From: Eledone cirrhosa
Taxonomy: Eukaryota
Direction of reading: 5' to 3'
DNA: 64,000 bases
Assembly: GCA_964016885.1 (NCBI GenBank)
Contig: OZ024752.1
Span: forward strand, 8,680,001 to 8,744,000
The notes beneath the pieces were generated by a model that saw only the letters and a list, made by a program, of their open reading frames with translations, was not told the origin of the DNA and ran no database searches. A program made the position numbers and the translations under genes. Each line of letters begins with the position of its first letter. Position 1 is the stretch's first letter. Below, one piece after another: positions 31,816 through 46,673 of this stretch.

Positions 31816-32219
31816 TACATGGAACTCTTTTAACCATCTTTTGTTCTTATATATATATATATATAATAAAAAATTGAACAGGGACAGAACAGAGAGGCAT
31901 ATGACCCTACCCACTATCTGAAGCTGAGCGCCAGGGGTTTGCACTTCATACCCAGCACATCCGCCTGCGACGAGTTCCGAACACGTGCTGAGGTTGAACG
32001 GTTCTTACATCACCTAAGACTACACACATTCTTCCACACACACGCACACACACACACACACACACATACATTGACACCCACACACTGACACATACACACG
32101 CACACACACAGAGAGTGACGCACACACACATATATTAGTAAAAGTAGAGGAACGACCGCGTCCTCGGGCAGTTTCAACTACATATAAATAAATAAATATA
32201 TATATATATACATATATGT

Positions 32220-32264
<45 letters not shown>

Positions 32265-32272
32265 TACATAAA

Positions 32273-32339
<67 letters not shown>

Positions 32340-32484
32340 TATATATAACGCGAGGAATTTGCTATTAAACAGACTTCACAATATATACAAAATACGTGTG
32401 TATATATATATGTGTGTGTGTATATATATGTATATATACATATATATACATATGCATACATACATCTGCATATATATATATATA

Positions 32485-32675
32485 GGAACGAGTAGGACCC
32501 CGACGGCTGAGCTCAAGCCGTTTCGACGGCGAATTCTGCGTCCAGAATTAGCCGTCGAAACGGCTTGAGCTCAGCCGTCGGGGCCCTACTCTTTCCTATT
32601 AACCACTCTACTACCCTAAGTATTGAGTACTTTGGTGCGTTATGGTCCACCTGGTTCCTTACCACATTTCCTTCG

Positions 32676-32676
<1 letters not shown>
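32485..32676 (+). mobile_element. Hairpin-plus-tail element, family H (copies 2649-2736, 24343-24500, 41075-41269, 42518-42705, 57153-57208)
   Basis: Arms contain the 3' half of an HHR (GAAA CGGC..GCCG TC GGGG). ~80-nt tail with GTATTGAGTACTTT ending CCTTCGT(TA)n. Confidence 0.8.
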
Positions 32677-32730
<54 letters not shown>

Positions 32731-32787
32731 GATGTATGTATGCATATGTTTTTATATATATATATATATGTATATATCCATACATAC

Positions 32788-32831
<44 letters not shown>

Positions 32832-32938
32832 AATTTTGTGGTCTTGCTTTGCTTAACTAATGAATATATATATATATATATGTATAATATTTGCTTAACT
32901 AATGGATATATATATATATATTTGCTTAACTAATGGAT

Positions 32939-32971
<33 letters not shown>

Positions 32972-32982
32972 TGCTTAACTAA

Positions 32983-33026
<44 letters not shown>

Positions 33027-33160
33027 GAAGATCCCGTTAAGGGTGAAAGCAACGATTCTTTGCTTAAACTTTAATCTGTTCTTATAATAAATATTTTGTT
33101 CTACGAATTCATTTATATTTTACATAAAAATATAATCCTTTTTACTCTTCACACTATTAT

Positions 33161-33201
<41 letters not shown>

Positions 33202-33224
33202 TATATATACATATATATATATAA

Positions 33225-33298
<74 letters not shown>

Positions 33299-33499
33299 AG
33301 TTTATGTTGGTTGTATACCAACACCTCAGTATGCAGGCTGGAGCACTCGACGAAGTGCGCAGGTTGGTTTGGTTACTCCGGAGTATGACTCCAGTTCCCC
33401 AGTGAATTAACAACCCAGCAAGGAACTGGGCATATCAGAGTATTGACAATATCATACACCTAAACAACATATGTACTTGTCTATACCATACTAATTCAA

Positions 33500-33554
33500 A
33501 CTGCCTGAAGAGGTCACAGCCAAAGATGGCTGTCACTGAAATATATATAGTAGT
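33500..33554 (+). ncRNA. Type I hammerhead ribozyme (family D; element ~33294-33600, relative at 20218-20485)
   Basis: ACTGC CTGAAGA GGTCACAGCCA-AAGA-TGGCTGTCACT GAAA TATATA TA GTAGT. Confidence 0.75.
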
Positions 33555-33603
33555 AATAAACGAAGCTAAATTTTAATCATTTGACTTTTATATAACTTTA
33601 TTT

Positions 33604-33697
<94 letters not shown>

Positions 33698-34461
33698 ATT
33701 AGGAAGTGAACAACACAAAATATAACTACTCCATTACCAAAGCTTTCTGGATCCCAGACAATATTAATATACGCCTCAATCGGTCATCATATATATATAT
33801 ATACATATATATATACACAGTTCAAGAGTAACCAATCTTAAAGAGAGAGATGGAGATAGGAGAGGAGATAGGAGAGGAGAGATTGGTGAATTAGTTAGAA
33901 GCCAAAGCGTAAAGGCATGTGCACAATGTGCAATATGCAGTAGAAAGCAGCTTGGTGGCTGGGTTCATGCAGAAGTTAGGTGCGCAGAGCGGGAAATATT
34001 CATTAGTTAAGCATTATTTTCAACTGAACCAGATCAATAATGATATATAGTCATCTCATCCAGAAATATTATATGAAGTAGCGAAACAATTGTAAACGGA
34101 CATTATTATTATTAATATTATAAGGGCAGTGGATTGGCAGTATCGGTAGAGGGTCGGACGCCATGTTTTGACGCAAAGACTTACGGCCCTTTCCATTCTG
34201 AGTTCAAATCTCGCCGAGGTTGACTTTGCCTTTCATCCTTATGGGGTCGATAAAATAAAGTACCAGTAATACACTGGGTAATTGGTGGCCTTGTGCCAAA
34301 AGTAGAAACAATTATTATTAATATTATTATTATTATTCTCTACATTCCTTACATCAAACTCAAATATGTTGACAATCTTTTAATAATGTCTTCCTTGTGA
34401 AGTTTGTGGTCTTGTTTTGCTTAACTAATGAATATATATATATATATATACATATATATAT

Positions 34462-34521
<60 letters not shown>

Positions 34522-34654
34522 GGGGGGTAGAACACTGAAAGGTAGTATCCGCAGTGGATTTAATATTATAACATTAAATTATAAATTTTTTAACACAAGT
34601 GAAGTCATTCTTTTCCTTTTTGTGTGTGTGTATGAGAGTGTATGACTATGTGTC

Positions 34655-34772
<118 letters not shown>

Positions 34773-34896
34773 TATGAGTGTGTATGAGTATGTGTGTGTA
34801 TGAGTATGTACATATGTATATATACATGTGAAGTCACTCACCTTCATAACTAAACTGTGTTTCCTAGCAACGGCACCTTAATCAGATAAAGCTGAA

Positions 34897-35399
34897 ACTT
34901 CACTAACATACCTCCCAACTAAATAGTTATGACCTTCACTAACATACCTCACAACTAAATAGTTATGACCTTCACTAACATACCTCACAACTAAATAGTT
35001 ATGACCTTCAGTATTATACCTTACAACTAAATAGTTATGACCTTCACTAACATACCTCACAACTAAATAGTTATGACCTTCAGAATTATACCTTACAACT
35101 AAATAGTTATTAACTTCACTAACATACCTCACAACTAAATATTTATGACCTTCAGAATTATACCTTACAACTAAATAGTTATGACCTTCACTAACATACC
35201 TCACAACTAAATAGTAATGACCTTCACTAACATACCTCACAACTAAATAGTTATGACCTTCACTAACATACCTCACAACTAAATAGTTATGACCTTCACT
35301 AACATACCTCACAACTAAATAGTTATGACCTTCACTAACATACCTCACAACTAAATAGTTATGACCTTCAGTATTATACCTTACAACTAAATAGTTATG
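34897..35399. repeat. 39-bp minisatellite
   Basis: Unit CCTTCACTAACATACCTCACAACTAAATAGTTATGA-like, about 13 copies. Explains the repetitive ORF at 34878-35402. Confidence 0.9.
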
Positions 35400-35488
35400 C
35401 ATGCTTAATCTTGGAGTTGGAATTTTGTTACATACCTATATATTACTCTATACAAACTTAACACTATACGGCAGATATATTTATTATG

Positions 35489-35590
<102 letters not shown>

Positions 35591-35841
35591 TATATATATA
35601 TATATATATATTATATATTATATATATGGCGGTGGATTAACCAGTACATTACTGGTACTTTATTTTATCGACCCCGTAAGGACGAAAGGCAAAGTTAACA
35701 TCGGCGGGATTTGAACTCAGGCTGTAAAGGGACGTAACTATGCTAGAAAACATGGCGTCCAACCCTCTATAATGTACATTATATATATATATATAAATTA
35801 CATTATATATATATATATATAAATTTCATTATATAAATATA

Positions 35842-35877
<36 letters not shown>

Positions 35878-35997
35878 AATTACATTATATATATATATAT
35901 ATATATATAATGTGTATATATATACATATATATATAAATTACATTATATATATATATATAAAATGTACATTATATATATATATATATAAATATGTAC

Positions 35998-36049
<52 letters not shown>

Positions 36050-37283
36050 GTACATTATATATATATATATAAATATGTACATTATCGTTTTCGAGTACGG
36101 CCACTACTTTATATCCATGTAGGAGAACCCCTACCGATGCGCTGAACGAGTGTGACTTTTTAGTCCAGCCAGCGACTTGAAAACTCTGGTACAAACACTA
36201 CACTTGTGACAATTACTGACACATAGTGCTGGGCCCATGGTACCATGTGATGACAAGTGCAGAGAGATCTCCAGATATAAAGCAATGCCTGTGCCGTGAA
36301 GCTTTTATAGTGAGCAAAGGCACTGCACAAAGCCAGTCCCACTCTCTTAACCAAGATGATATTTACCAAAAAGAAGAACAAGTCAACATCATTGGATACC
36401 ATCAGAGTTGCAGGTGTTATATCAGAGTTTTCCTTCTCCTAGAATTCTGCCTTGACAAAGGCTAAGGCGTCATCTCTCCCGGTGATTTTGGATGGCCATT
36501 GACTCTTAAGAGCTCCTTTGCCCTTTGACAGGTTTTGTTTTTAGTCCTGCAGGATGTCCAAAGTCACCCTCCTCACCAAGAAACCTTGGTGGGGTTGCCA
36601 GTTTAGTCGCCAACGACCCGACCATGATACAGGTTGTACTGGGATACATATATACACATACATACATATACACACATATATACACATACATACATACGTA
36701 CATACGAACATACATACAAACATATACAAACATACATACGTACATACATACATACATATATATATACACACACATACATATGTACACACATATATACATA
36801 CACATATATACACACACATACATACGTACAGACATATATACATACATATATACAAACATACATACAGACATACACACGAACATATATACAAACATATATA
36901 CAAACATATATACATACAGACATGCAAACATACGTGTATATACACATACATATATACATATATGCATATACATACACAGATACATACACATATATATATG
37001 AGAGAAATAAATAAAGAGGGAGATAAAAGTAAAAACATCCTTATAGAAGAATTCTGTATGATACCCGCCCCTATCAGAAGTTGGGTGTCATAAGGAAGAG
37101 AAGAAAAACTGTCCCCTGAAAGGTGACAGACATGTTCTGTGTGTCCCCTGTGTTTTCTTGAGCGCGATTTTCCCGTGGTGTTCTGAAAATCCAGACACAG
37201 AGAAGTGGTTTATAAAGGGCCAGCACCTACATATTTACCTCTCTAGACTATCCACAAGACGTGCGCCCTCTGCCCTCACTTGT

Positions 37284-37370
37284 CTTCTTCTTCTTCGTCT
37301 TCTTCTTCTTCTTCTTCTTCTTCTTCTTCTTCTTCTTCTTCTTCTTCTTCTTCTTCTTCTTCTTCTTCTT

Positions 37371-37402
<32 letters not shown>

Positions 37403-37500
37403 CAACCATATTGCTCGGGGTCTCCTACCAGTTGGTTTTCCCCGTAAAATCTGTCCAGCCATTCTTTCCTAAGACATTCTAACCACAAGCCCATCGTATC
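37284..37500 (-). mobile_element. Short fragment of the same RTE family next to (CTT)n
   Basis: GQILRGKPTGRRPR matches the element at 29255. Confidence 0.6.
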
Positions 37501-37837
37501 TCACTCTTTCAAATATAATGAATATATTTCTTGATTTATTTATATCCGTTATTTTTGTTTTGGGTTTTGTTTATAACGGTTATTTCCTTGTAATTCTCGA
37601 GGTAAGTGTGTCCGTTGAATTCTAGGCCCGTGTTTGGTCATTCTCTATGGTTGTTTGTGTCTTTGCTGGTTCGTCCACAGATTTGATGTGATTTCTGTGG
37701 TGTTAACACTGGTCTGAGGATCAGGCAGACTTGGAGTCTGGTCTGGGGTACCAACCCATACCACTAGCCAGCTACTTGGGAAACATATTTAACAAGGATT
37801 GAGCAATAAATCTCCTATGTAACACCTCCACTTTGTT

Positions 37838-37891
<54 letters not shown>

Positions 37892-37894
37892 AAA

Positions 37895-38036
<142 letters not shown>

Positions 38037-38092
38037 CAAATAAGATTTCGCTTCAGGCATAGGTTTATACCAAAATGTATAGAAATTTCGTA

Positions 38093-38184
<92 letters not shown>

Positions 38185-38465
38185 TAAACTTAGTTCACTC
38201 TGAGAGATATCATGTGATGGGGGAAGCTGTCGTGCAGCTCCTACAAACACCATGATTTATGGCACTTACCATATGAAGTTATGTAACTTATTATTGAATG
38301 TTTCGTGACAGAATTCTCAGACACATCCCTAATAGTTGTGGCGTTCACTTAGTATTGCCTTCGGGCCATTGATGATGGATCTTGTATGTACATTAATAGT
38401 GACATTAGGAGAGAATTAGGATACATAAGGAGCAAAACCGTTTTGCAATAACAATAATCGTTATA

Positions 38466-38520
<55 letters not shown>

Positions 38521-38531
38521 GCTGGTGCTGT

Positions 38532-38584
<53 letters not shown>

Positions 38585-38705
38585 TTGGCAGAATCGGGAG
38601 AGCGTCAGACGAATTCTGTGTTCAAATCCCGCCGAGGTTAACTTTGCCTTTCATCCTTACGGGGTCGATAAAATAAAGTACCAGTAATATACTGGGGATC
38701 GATTT

Positions 38706-38746
<41 letters not shown>

Positions 38747-38784
38747 GTATATATATACACATACATATATATATACATACACAT

Positions 38785-38833
<49 letters not shown>

Positions 38834-40047
38834 TGCATATATATATATATATTATATATATATACACATATATATACATATATATATATGTGTGTATATA
38901 AGTAGCTTTATAAGAATGAATTTTCATAAGATTTTCGTAGATGTCTCTGTGGCCTAGCGGTAGGTACTACCGAGGGTGGAGATCCTCGCCTTGGGTTCAA
39001 TCCTGGTCAAGAGGTACATGTAACCATTTTCAGTTTTTATTTTACAATCCATAGAAAAAAAAATTGAAAAGGTTTACGGGGGACCCTACTCCCGACCAGG
39101 ATCGAACTTCAGAACAGGTTCATGCCCGTCTATGATTCTCCGGACTAGGCTACCGAGGCAGATACAAAAGCATAATGAAAATTGATAATTATAAACCTAC
39201 TTTCAAAGTTAAAAAGATGTGGTGTCGTTCATGGCTTTCCTAGAGCTATTAGTAATATTTGAGGTCGACTTCTGGTCATTATTGAAAGTCTCTGGATTTC
39301 GTAAAATACATAATATTTTTATTGGAGAAGGTAAGATATTTTCCCGCAAAAATTTGATTGCACTGTTTCGTTTCCACTTATGTATTTTTCGAAAATATTA
39401 TTTATTCATTATAAAAATTTAATGATAGCATTCTATATCTAAGTGGGCCCCCTTCATCTCCTGGCAACCAATATTTTAGACCTAGTCCGCCACTGCACGT
39501 ACATATATACATACATATATTCCAGTAAAGGAATTCGCTAACGTTTACTATGTCATCTTAAAATAACTAAATTGGTGCATTGCTCCAGCGTGGCCGCAGT
39601 CTAATAACTGAAACCAGTAACACTATGTCATCTTAAAATAACTAATTATTTTGCTGTCGAACGAGAAAAATAAAAATACAGAACCTCAACGAAACAAAAA
39701 AACAAAAAACAAAAAAAAAACCTTATTTAATCCGCAGCAGTTTCGGATGTCTTAATTATTGAAGATTTATTTCGCATTCAGTCTAGAATTCTCCTGAGAA
39801 AAGTGGGGGTGTTAAAGATATGAAGAAAATAAAAATAATAATATTTATCAAGATGAAATTATTTGAAGCAAAGAGTTAATTAAAAAAATGAAAAAAAAAT
39901 GAACATAAGAATTTATCAAAAGCAAAAATATTCATGTGGAAATACCAAATTTATTCTTCATAACTCGAAGATTAAGTCTTTACTAGGATGTTAAATTTAC
40001 CGATAGTGGTGTTCATTGGAATATCATTACTATACAGCATATATGTT

Positions 40048-40127
<80 letters not shown>

Positions 40128-40332
40128 TAACAGATTAAAGTTTAACCAAAGAATCGGTGCTTTAACCCTTAAGGGTGAAAGCAGCGATTCTATACTTAAA
40201 CTTTAATCTGTTATTTTAATAAATATTTGCTCTAGGGTTCTTATATATTTGATATATATTTATCCTTATAGCTCTCTTTGGATTTTAGTCTTAGTGTTCA
40301 TTAGAATATCATTACTATACAGCTTATATGTT

Positions 40333-40399
<67 letters not shown>

Positions 40400-40969
40400 T
40401 AAAATAACAAAATTTAAGCAAAGAATCGCTGCTTTAACCCTTAAGGGATGCAAAATAAAAACTGAAAAATGTTACATGTACCTGTTGACGAGGATCGAAC
40501 CCAAGACAAGGATCTCCACCGTCTCTAGTACCTACCGCTAGGCCACAGAGACAACTACGAAAATCTTGTGAAAATTCATACTTATAAACCTACTTTCAAA
40601 ACAAAGTGTTGTGGTGTCGTTCATGTCTTTCTTAATGTTATTGCTCCTACTTAAAGTCGACTTCTAAATCATTTGGGTGTTCCATAAACTACATCCTCGT
40701 TTTGTTACTCATCTATCTAGACTATATTTTAACCTGCAATCCATGTTTCATTCCTGTTCCATCTAACTCCTCCACCATCTCTCTCTCTCCCTCTCCCTCT
40801 TTCTCTCTCTAAAAATATTGGTTGCCAGGAGAAGGGGGCCCACCTACATATAGAATGCTACCATTTAATTTTTATAATGAATAAATAACATTTTCAAAAA
40901 ATACATAAGTGGAAAAAACAGTGCAATCAAATCCAGAGACTTTCAATAAAGACCTTTGGTCTTTATTGA

Positions 40970-41076
<107 letters not shown>

Positions 41077-41269
41077 AACCAGTAAGACCCCGACGGCTGA
41101 GCTCAAGCCGTTTCGACGGCTAATTCTGGACTAAAAAGAATTAGCCGTCGAAACGGCTTGAGCTCAGCCGTCGGGGTCTTACTGGTTCCTATTACCCACT
41201 CTACTACCCCAAGTATTGAGTACTTTGGTGCGTTATGGTCCACCTGGTTCCTTACCACATTTCCTTCGT

Positions 41270-41307
<38 letters not shown>

Positions 41308-41582
41308 CGTAAGCTATTTAGAACACTGGTTTAACCGCTTTACCTCCCCCCCGAAGAAGAGATATTATCTCGAAAATTAAGGACATTTAAATAAATCTAA
41401 GGTAAAAGACTAATTGTCAACAATATCTTTTGCATTTGCATTTTATTTATTCTATGTCCATACCTGCATTGTTTTGGCTTTACAAATTCAAACGTTTATA
41501 TATATATATATATATATGGGGTAACAAATTATCGTTATAGGTAATCCAGATAGAGGTTGTGAGTACTCTGCGTCATATTTTC

Positions 41583-41695
41583 GTATTCTGATGAGTTGGT
41601 CAGAGGTAAATAATGTAATGGAGATCAATGGTGACGCAACTTCAAGCGATTAGCGACCTCTAGACTCACCTGATCAATGAAACAATTGTCAATAC
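41583..41695 (+). ncRNA. Type I hammerhead ribozyme (family F; element ~41518-41746, relative at 18538-18930)
   Basis: GTATT CTGATGA GTTGGTCAG...CTGATCAAT GAAA CAATTG TC AATAC. Confidence 0.78.
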
Positions 41696-41770
41696 CTGAA
41701 ATAAAGCCCCTTGTTGTACAGCAAACCATGTTACTCTTCATTCTTACACACACACTCACGCACACACACG

Positions 41771-41825
<55 letters not shown>

Positions 41826-42291
41826 CACCTTCACCACTAATTGATTTGACAGATGTCTTTAACTTATTGATACCAAATATATATAAATATATTTGCACTA
41901 TCATATATTTTGGTTTCTTGTAATTCCCTGGGGAATTGGATGACCGAATACTTCGCTTAATTGTTTTATTTATTTAAAAAAAAATTTATTCTTTCTCTTA
42001 GATTTCACGTATTTTTTGAAAGCAAAGCATTGGCCCCTAAAATACTACAGCGAGCCCTGCAATTCTCCTGTGGGCTCGTGAAATGCTACGGTGGGCCCCC
42101 TGAGGCCCACTTGCCACTGGGCAACCTGGCAACCTGGCCAGTCCACCGCCACTGTGTACGTGTATATATGTACGTGTATATGTGTACGTGTATATTTGTA
42201 TACATGTATATATATATATATATACTTGAGTATATGTGTACATGTATATATGTATACATGTATATATACATATATACTTGAGTATATGTGT

Positions 42292-42336
<45 letters not shown>

Positions 42337-42398
42337 TATATATATATATATATACACACACACATATATATATATATATACACACACCAATTCAGGTA

Positions 42399-42460
42399 TT
42401 TTATCTGACGAGGACGTATTGAAAAAACTGCACAGTACCTTCGAAATATATATCATAAAA
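42399..42460 (+). ncRNA. Type I hammerhead ribozyme (family C variant)
   Basis: TTTTAT CTGACGA GGACGTATTG...CAGTACCTTC GAAA TATATA TC ATAAAA. Confidence 0.75.
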
Positions 42461-42777
42461 CATATTTTTTGATTACGTGAATGTCTTCATTTCTTAATAT
42501 TCTGAATAATATATATAAAACAAAGGAATTGTGGTAAGGAACCAGATGGACTATAACGCACCAGAGTACTCAATACTTAGGGTAGTAGAGTGGGAAATAG
42601 GAAAAAATATGACCCCCACGGCAGAGCTCAAGCCGTTTCGACGAGAACAGTCCAGAAATAGCCGTCGAAACGCCTTGAGCTCTGCCGGCGGGGTCATAAT
42701 TTTCCATATATATATATATACATACATGTAAATACATCTGTACACACACACACATATAATATATATACACACATATA

Positions 42778-42816
<39 letters not shown>

Positions 42817-42861
42817 TAAACAAATAATGAATAAACAATTCCTTATATTAAACAAAAAAAG

Positions 42862-43016
42862 TTCATTATTTAACGATCGTTTCTAGGGTATATATGTGTT
42901 ATAATTGGTATGCATATTCAACAGATCTATGTACAAAATTATACAAAATTATACAAATTATCAAGATTAAATATACATACCTAACACATATATACGCCGT
43001 CTTCAGAAATAATGAA
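42862..43016 (-). ncRNA. Mirror hammerhead ribozyme in the left palindrome arm
   Basis: Reverse complement of 53271-53425. Confidence 0.8.
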
Positions 43017-43836
43017 GTATATTTATTGATAATAACAACAATTCAAAATATCAGTTCAAAATTGACCAATGAAAACACAAAGGGTTAAAAGCAGTTCGGT
43101 GTGTGTATATACATGTAAAATCCTTACACATATTTTACAATAATGTGTGTATAATTTGTATGCGCATACTAAAAAGATGGATGCAAACACAAAATTTCAA
43201 GGTTAATATCTCTGTAAGCTTAATGCGCTGATAAGATGCGCATTGATACTTATGGAGTCAAGCATATAAATATATTTTTTCATACTCACACATATCAGTA
43301 TAATCACACATACATGCGCGTATATGCATAAATATACACATAACCACGAACATACAAACACACACACTCCCCCACTCACATTTATATATGTGGATATAAA
43401 ATCATAAGCACATAGAAATTAAGTCACTCACATAAAACACTGGCACACACATTTCAAGATCAAGATACAGAAATTAGGTGGGAGGGGGGGGAGGGGTCAG
43501 TATTCAATTGTCTGAGCAGACTGCCTAATATAAATGTATCTATAAATTAAGAAAAATAAAAAAATAAAAACAATAAAATACAATAAATATAATATAATGT
43601 ACATACACATACAGATATATATACACATACATACATGTACGCGCACATAGAGATATTTACGTATACACACATACACACATACATATACAGTCATACACAC
43701 ACATACACTTACACGAACATACACATACACATATAAAAAGATATATATATACACAACACACACGCGCAACACATACACACATACACATATATATAAAAAA
43801 TAGATAATAAAGATATATATCCATATATATATATAT

Positions 43837-43897
<61 letters not shown>

Positions 43898-43986
43898 TAT
43901 ACATATACATACACATACATCTAAATATACATACACATACATACACACATACATGTACATACATGTACATACATATACGCACATCG

Positions 43987-44034
<48 letters not shown>

Positions 44035-44354
44035 TCACATAGACATAAAGATACATACACACACAACTTACATACACACGTATATATATATATATATAGA
44101 TGTACCTTCATACATAGAATTAGATATATAATCATACATACATATGCACCTACTTATACTCATATAAATAAATACATACGCTTCCATATATGTGTATATA
44201 CATAAAAAATAATACAACCTCACCAAACTCAGACATACAAATGAAAATAATAATAAAAAGGCATATGTATATACATACACACACGCATTAATAGAGATAT
44301 ATATATATACACACATACATACACATATATATATACATACACACACACATATAT

Positions 44355-44425
<71 letters not shown>

Positions 44426-44429
44426 TAGA

Positions 44430-44468
<39 letters not shown>

Positions 44469-44908
44469 ATATATATCCACACACTCATACCACCATAAAT
44501 ACACATACAAACACCCACATGTATATATATATATATATATCTATATACACACACGTATACACATATATATATATATACATACATATATATATATACACAC
44601 ACATAAAAAACAGACATGCACATATATATATATATATATATATTTCATTACTCTTATATATACACATATTATATATACATACACAACCTCACTTATACAC
44701 ATATACACATAAGTTATATTACAATAATAATAAAGAATAATATACATATATATATATACATATACATATATATATATATATATATATACATACATACATA
44801 CACATACATACATACACATAAATATATACATACATAAATACACACATACGAATAAAGACATATATTCACACATAGACACCTATATATATATATATATATA
44901 TATATATC

Positions 44909-44946
<38 letters not shown>

Positions 44947-46098
44947 CACATACACATACACACACACACACAGACACACATACACACTCACATATATATA
45001 TATATATATGTGTATGTGAGTGTGCGCACATACACATATATACACACACACATACAAACACACACAAACACATACATATGCATACGTGCACACACACACA
45101 CATATATCACATAGATACGAAGATAAACATATAAATAGAGAGACATACATATATATACACAACACACATACACATACATACATACACGCATATACATATA
45201 CATACATATATACACATATATATATATTCCTATATATACAAGCATATACATACATACACATATATACACATACATACACATATACATACAACACATTCAC
45301 ATACACATACATATATAATACATATATATACATATATATACATACATATGTATGTACAATCATATATACACACACAATCTTACATTCATATTTGCATGCT
45401 CATATATGTATTTTTATATTTAGATATAAATACCCAAACCTATATAGACACCTACCTACATATATATTCATACATAGACGCTTACAAATACAGATGATAA
45501 TAGTATGGGGGAAAGGGGGGGTTTGGAGAAGGGGATCAAAGTAAATATATGTTTCAAGAAACATATAATATTTTCCGTATCTTAATTCAATGTATGTTCT
45601 TACATATTTTCAGTGCTAGGAAATACGAAATCTATGCATCTCAAAATAAATAAGTATACCATTAATCATATGTTAACTAAACCAAAGATAGTCAACATAT
45701 TGATTTCTAAGGTGTAAATTAGTTAGGTTTATAATATTTGAAGCAGAATTTTGAAGTCAAACAGTAGTAGATTATTAATTACATTATAACTAAATTAAAG
45801 TTAATAACGTTATGGTATCAATATTAGGAGATGAATTTAGTAATAGGGAAAAGAAACCCAAATAAAAATAAAATAAAGTATTACATCGGTAGTAGCATAT
45901 AAATTATATGTTAACTAAATTAAAAATTATATATTTATTTCAATAGTATACGTTAATTAGTATATGTTAATTAGGTATACAATACATAAAGCAGATATTG
46001 TATTTCATCAATAGCATAATATAATTATATGCAAATAGAAATCAAAATTAATACGCCTACATATACATATACATACACATACACATATACATACATAT

Positions 46099-46132
<34 letters not shown>

Positions 46133-46673
46133 ATATATACATATATACACACATATACATACATACAGATACACATACACAACACACACATATACATATA
46201 CATATACATATACATATCTTTTTCAAAAAATTGCACAGAATATATTAACTAGGTATATATCCAAAACACATCCCATTCTATGATTACATGACATTCTGCA
46301 ATTCGTCTGTATAAGGATACTAATTTTAAGCAAATTAAAATTAAAGTTTTAGGTTGATTAAAACTAAAACCAAATAATAAATATATTTCCAAAATGTATA
46401 TTAATTAGGTCTATAATACTAAAAATTCTTTCTCCGTCATTGGATACATGATATTATTTTGTTATATTTTATCTGTAAAAGAATTATAATAAAAGGTTTA
46501 AATAAATTAAAATTAATCTATAAATTAAATTACTAAGTATATATTAGTAATATTTAAAGGTTTTTCACAATTTATGATTACATAATATTTTCTCATCTGT
46601 AATAAAATATTAATTAAATTAAATTTATAGGTTAACTAACATTTAAATTAAATTAATTTCTAGAATAATGTTA

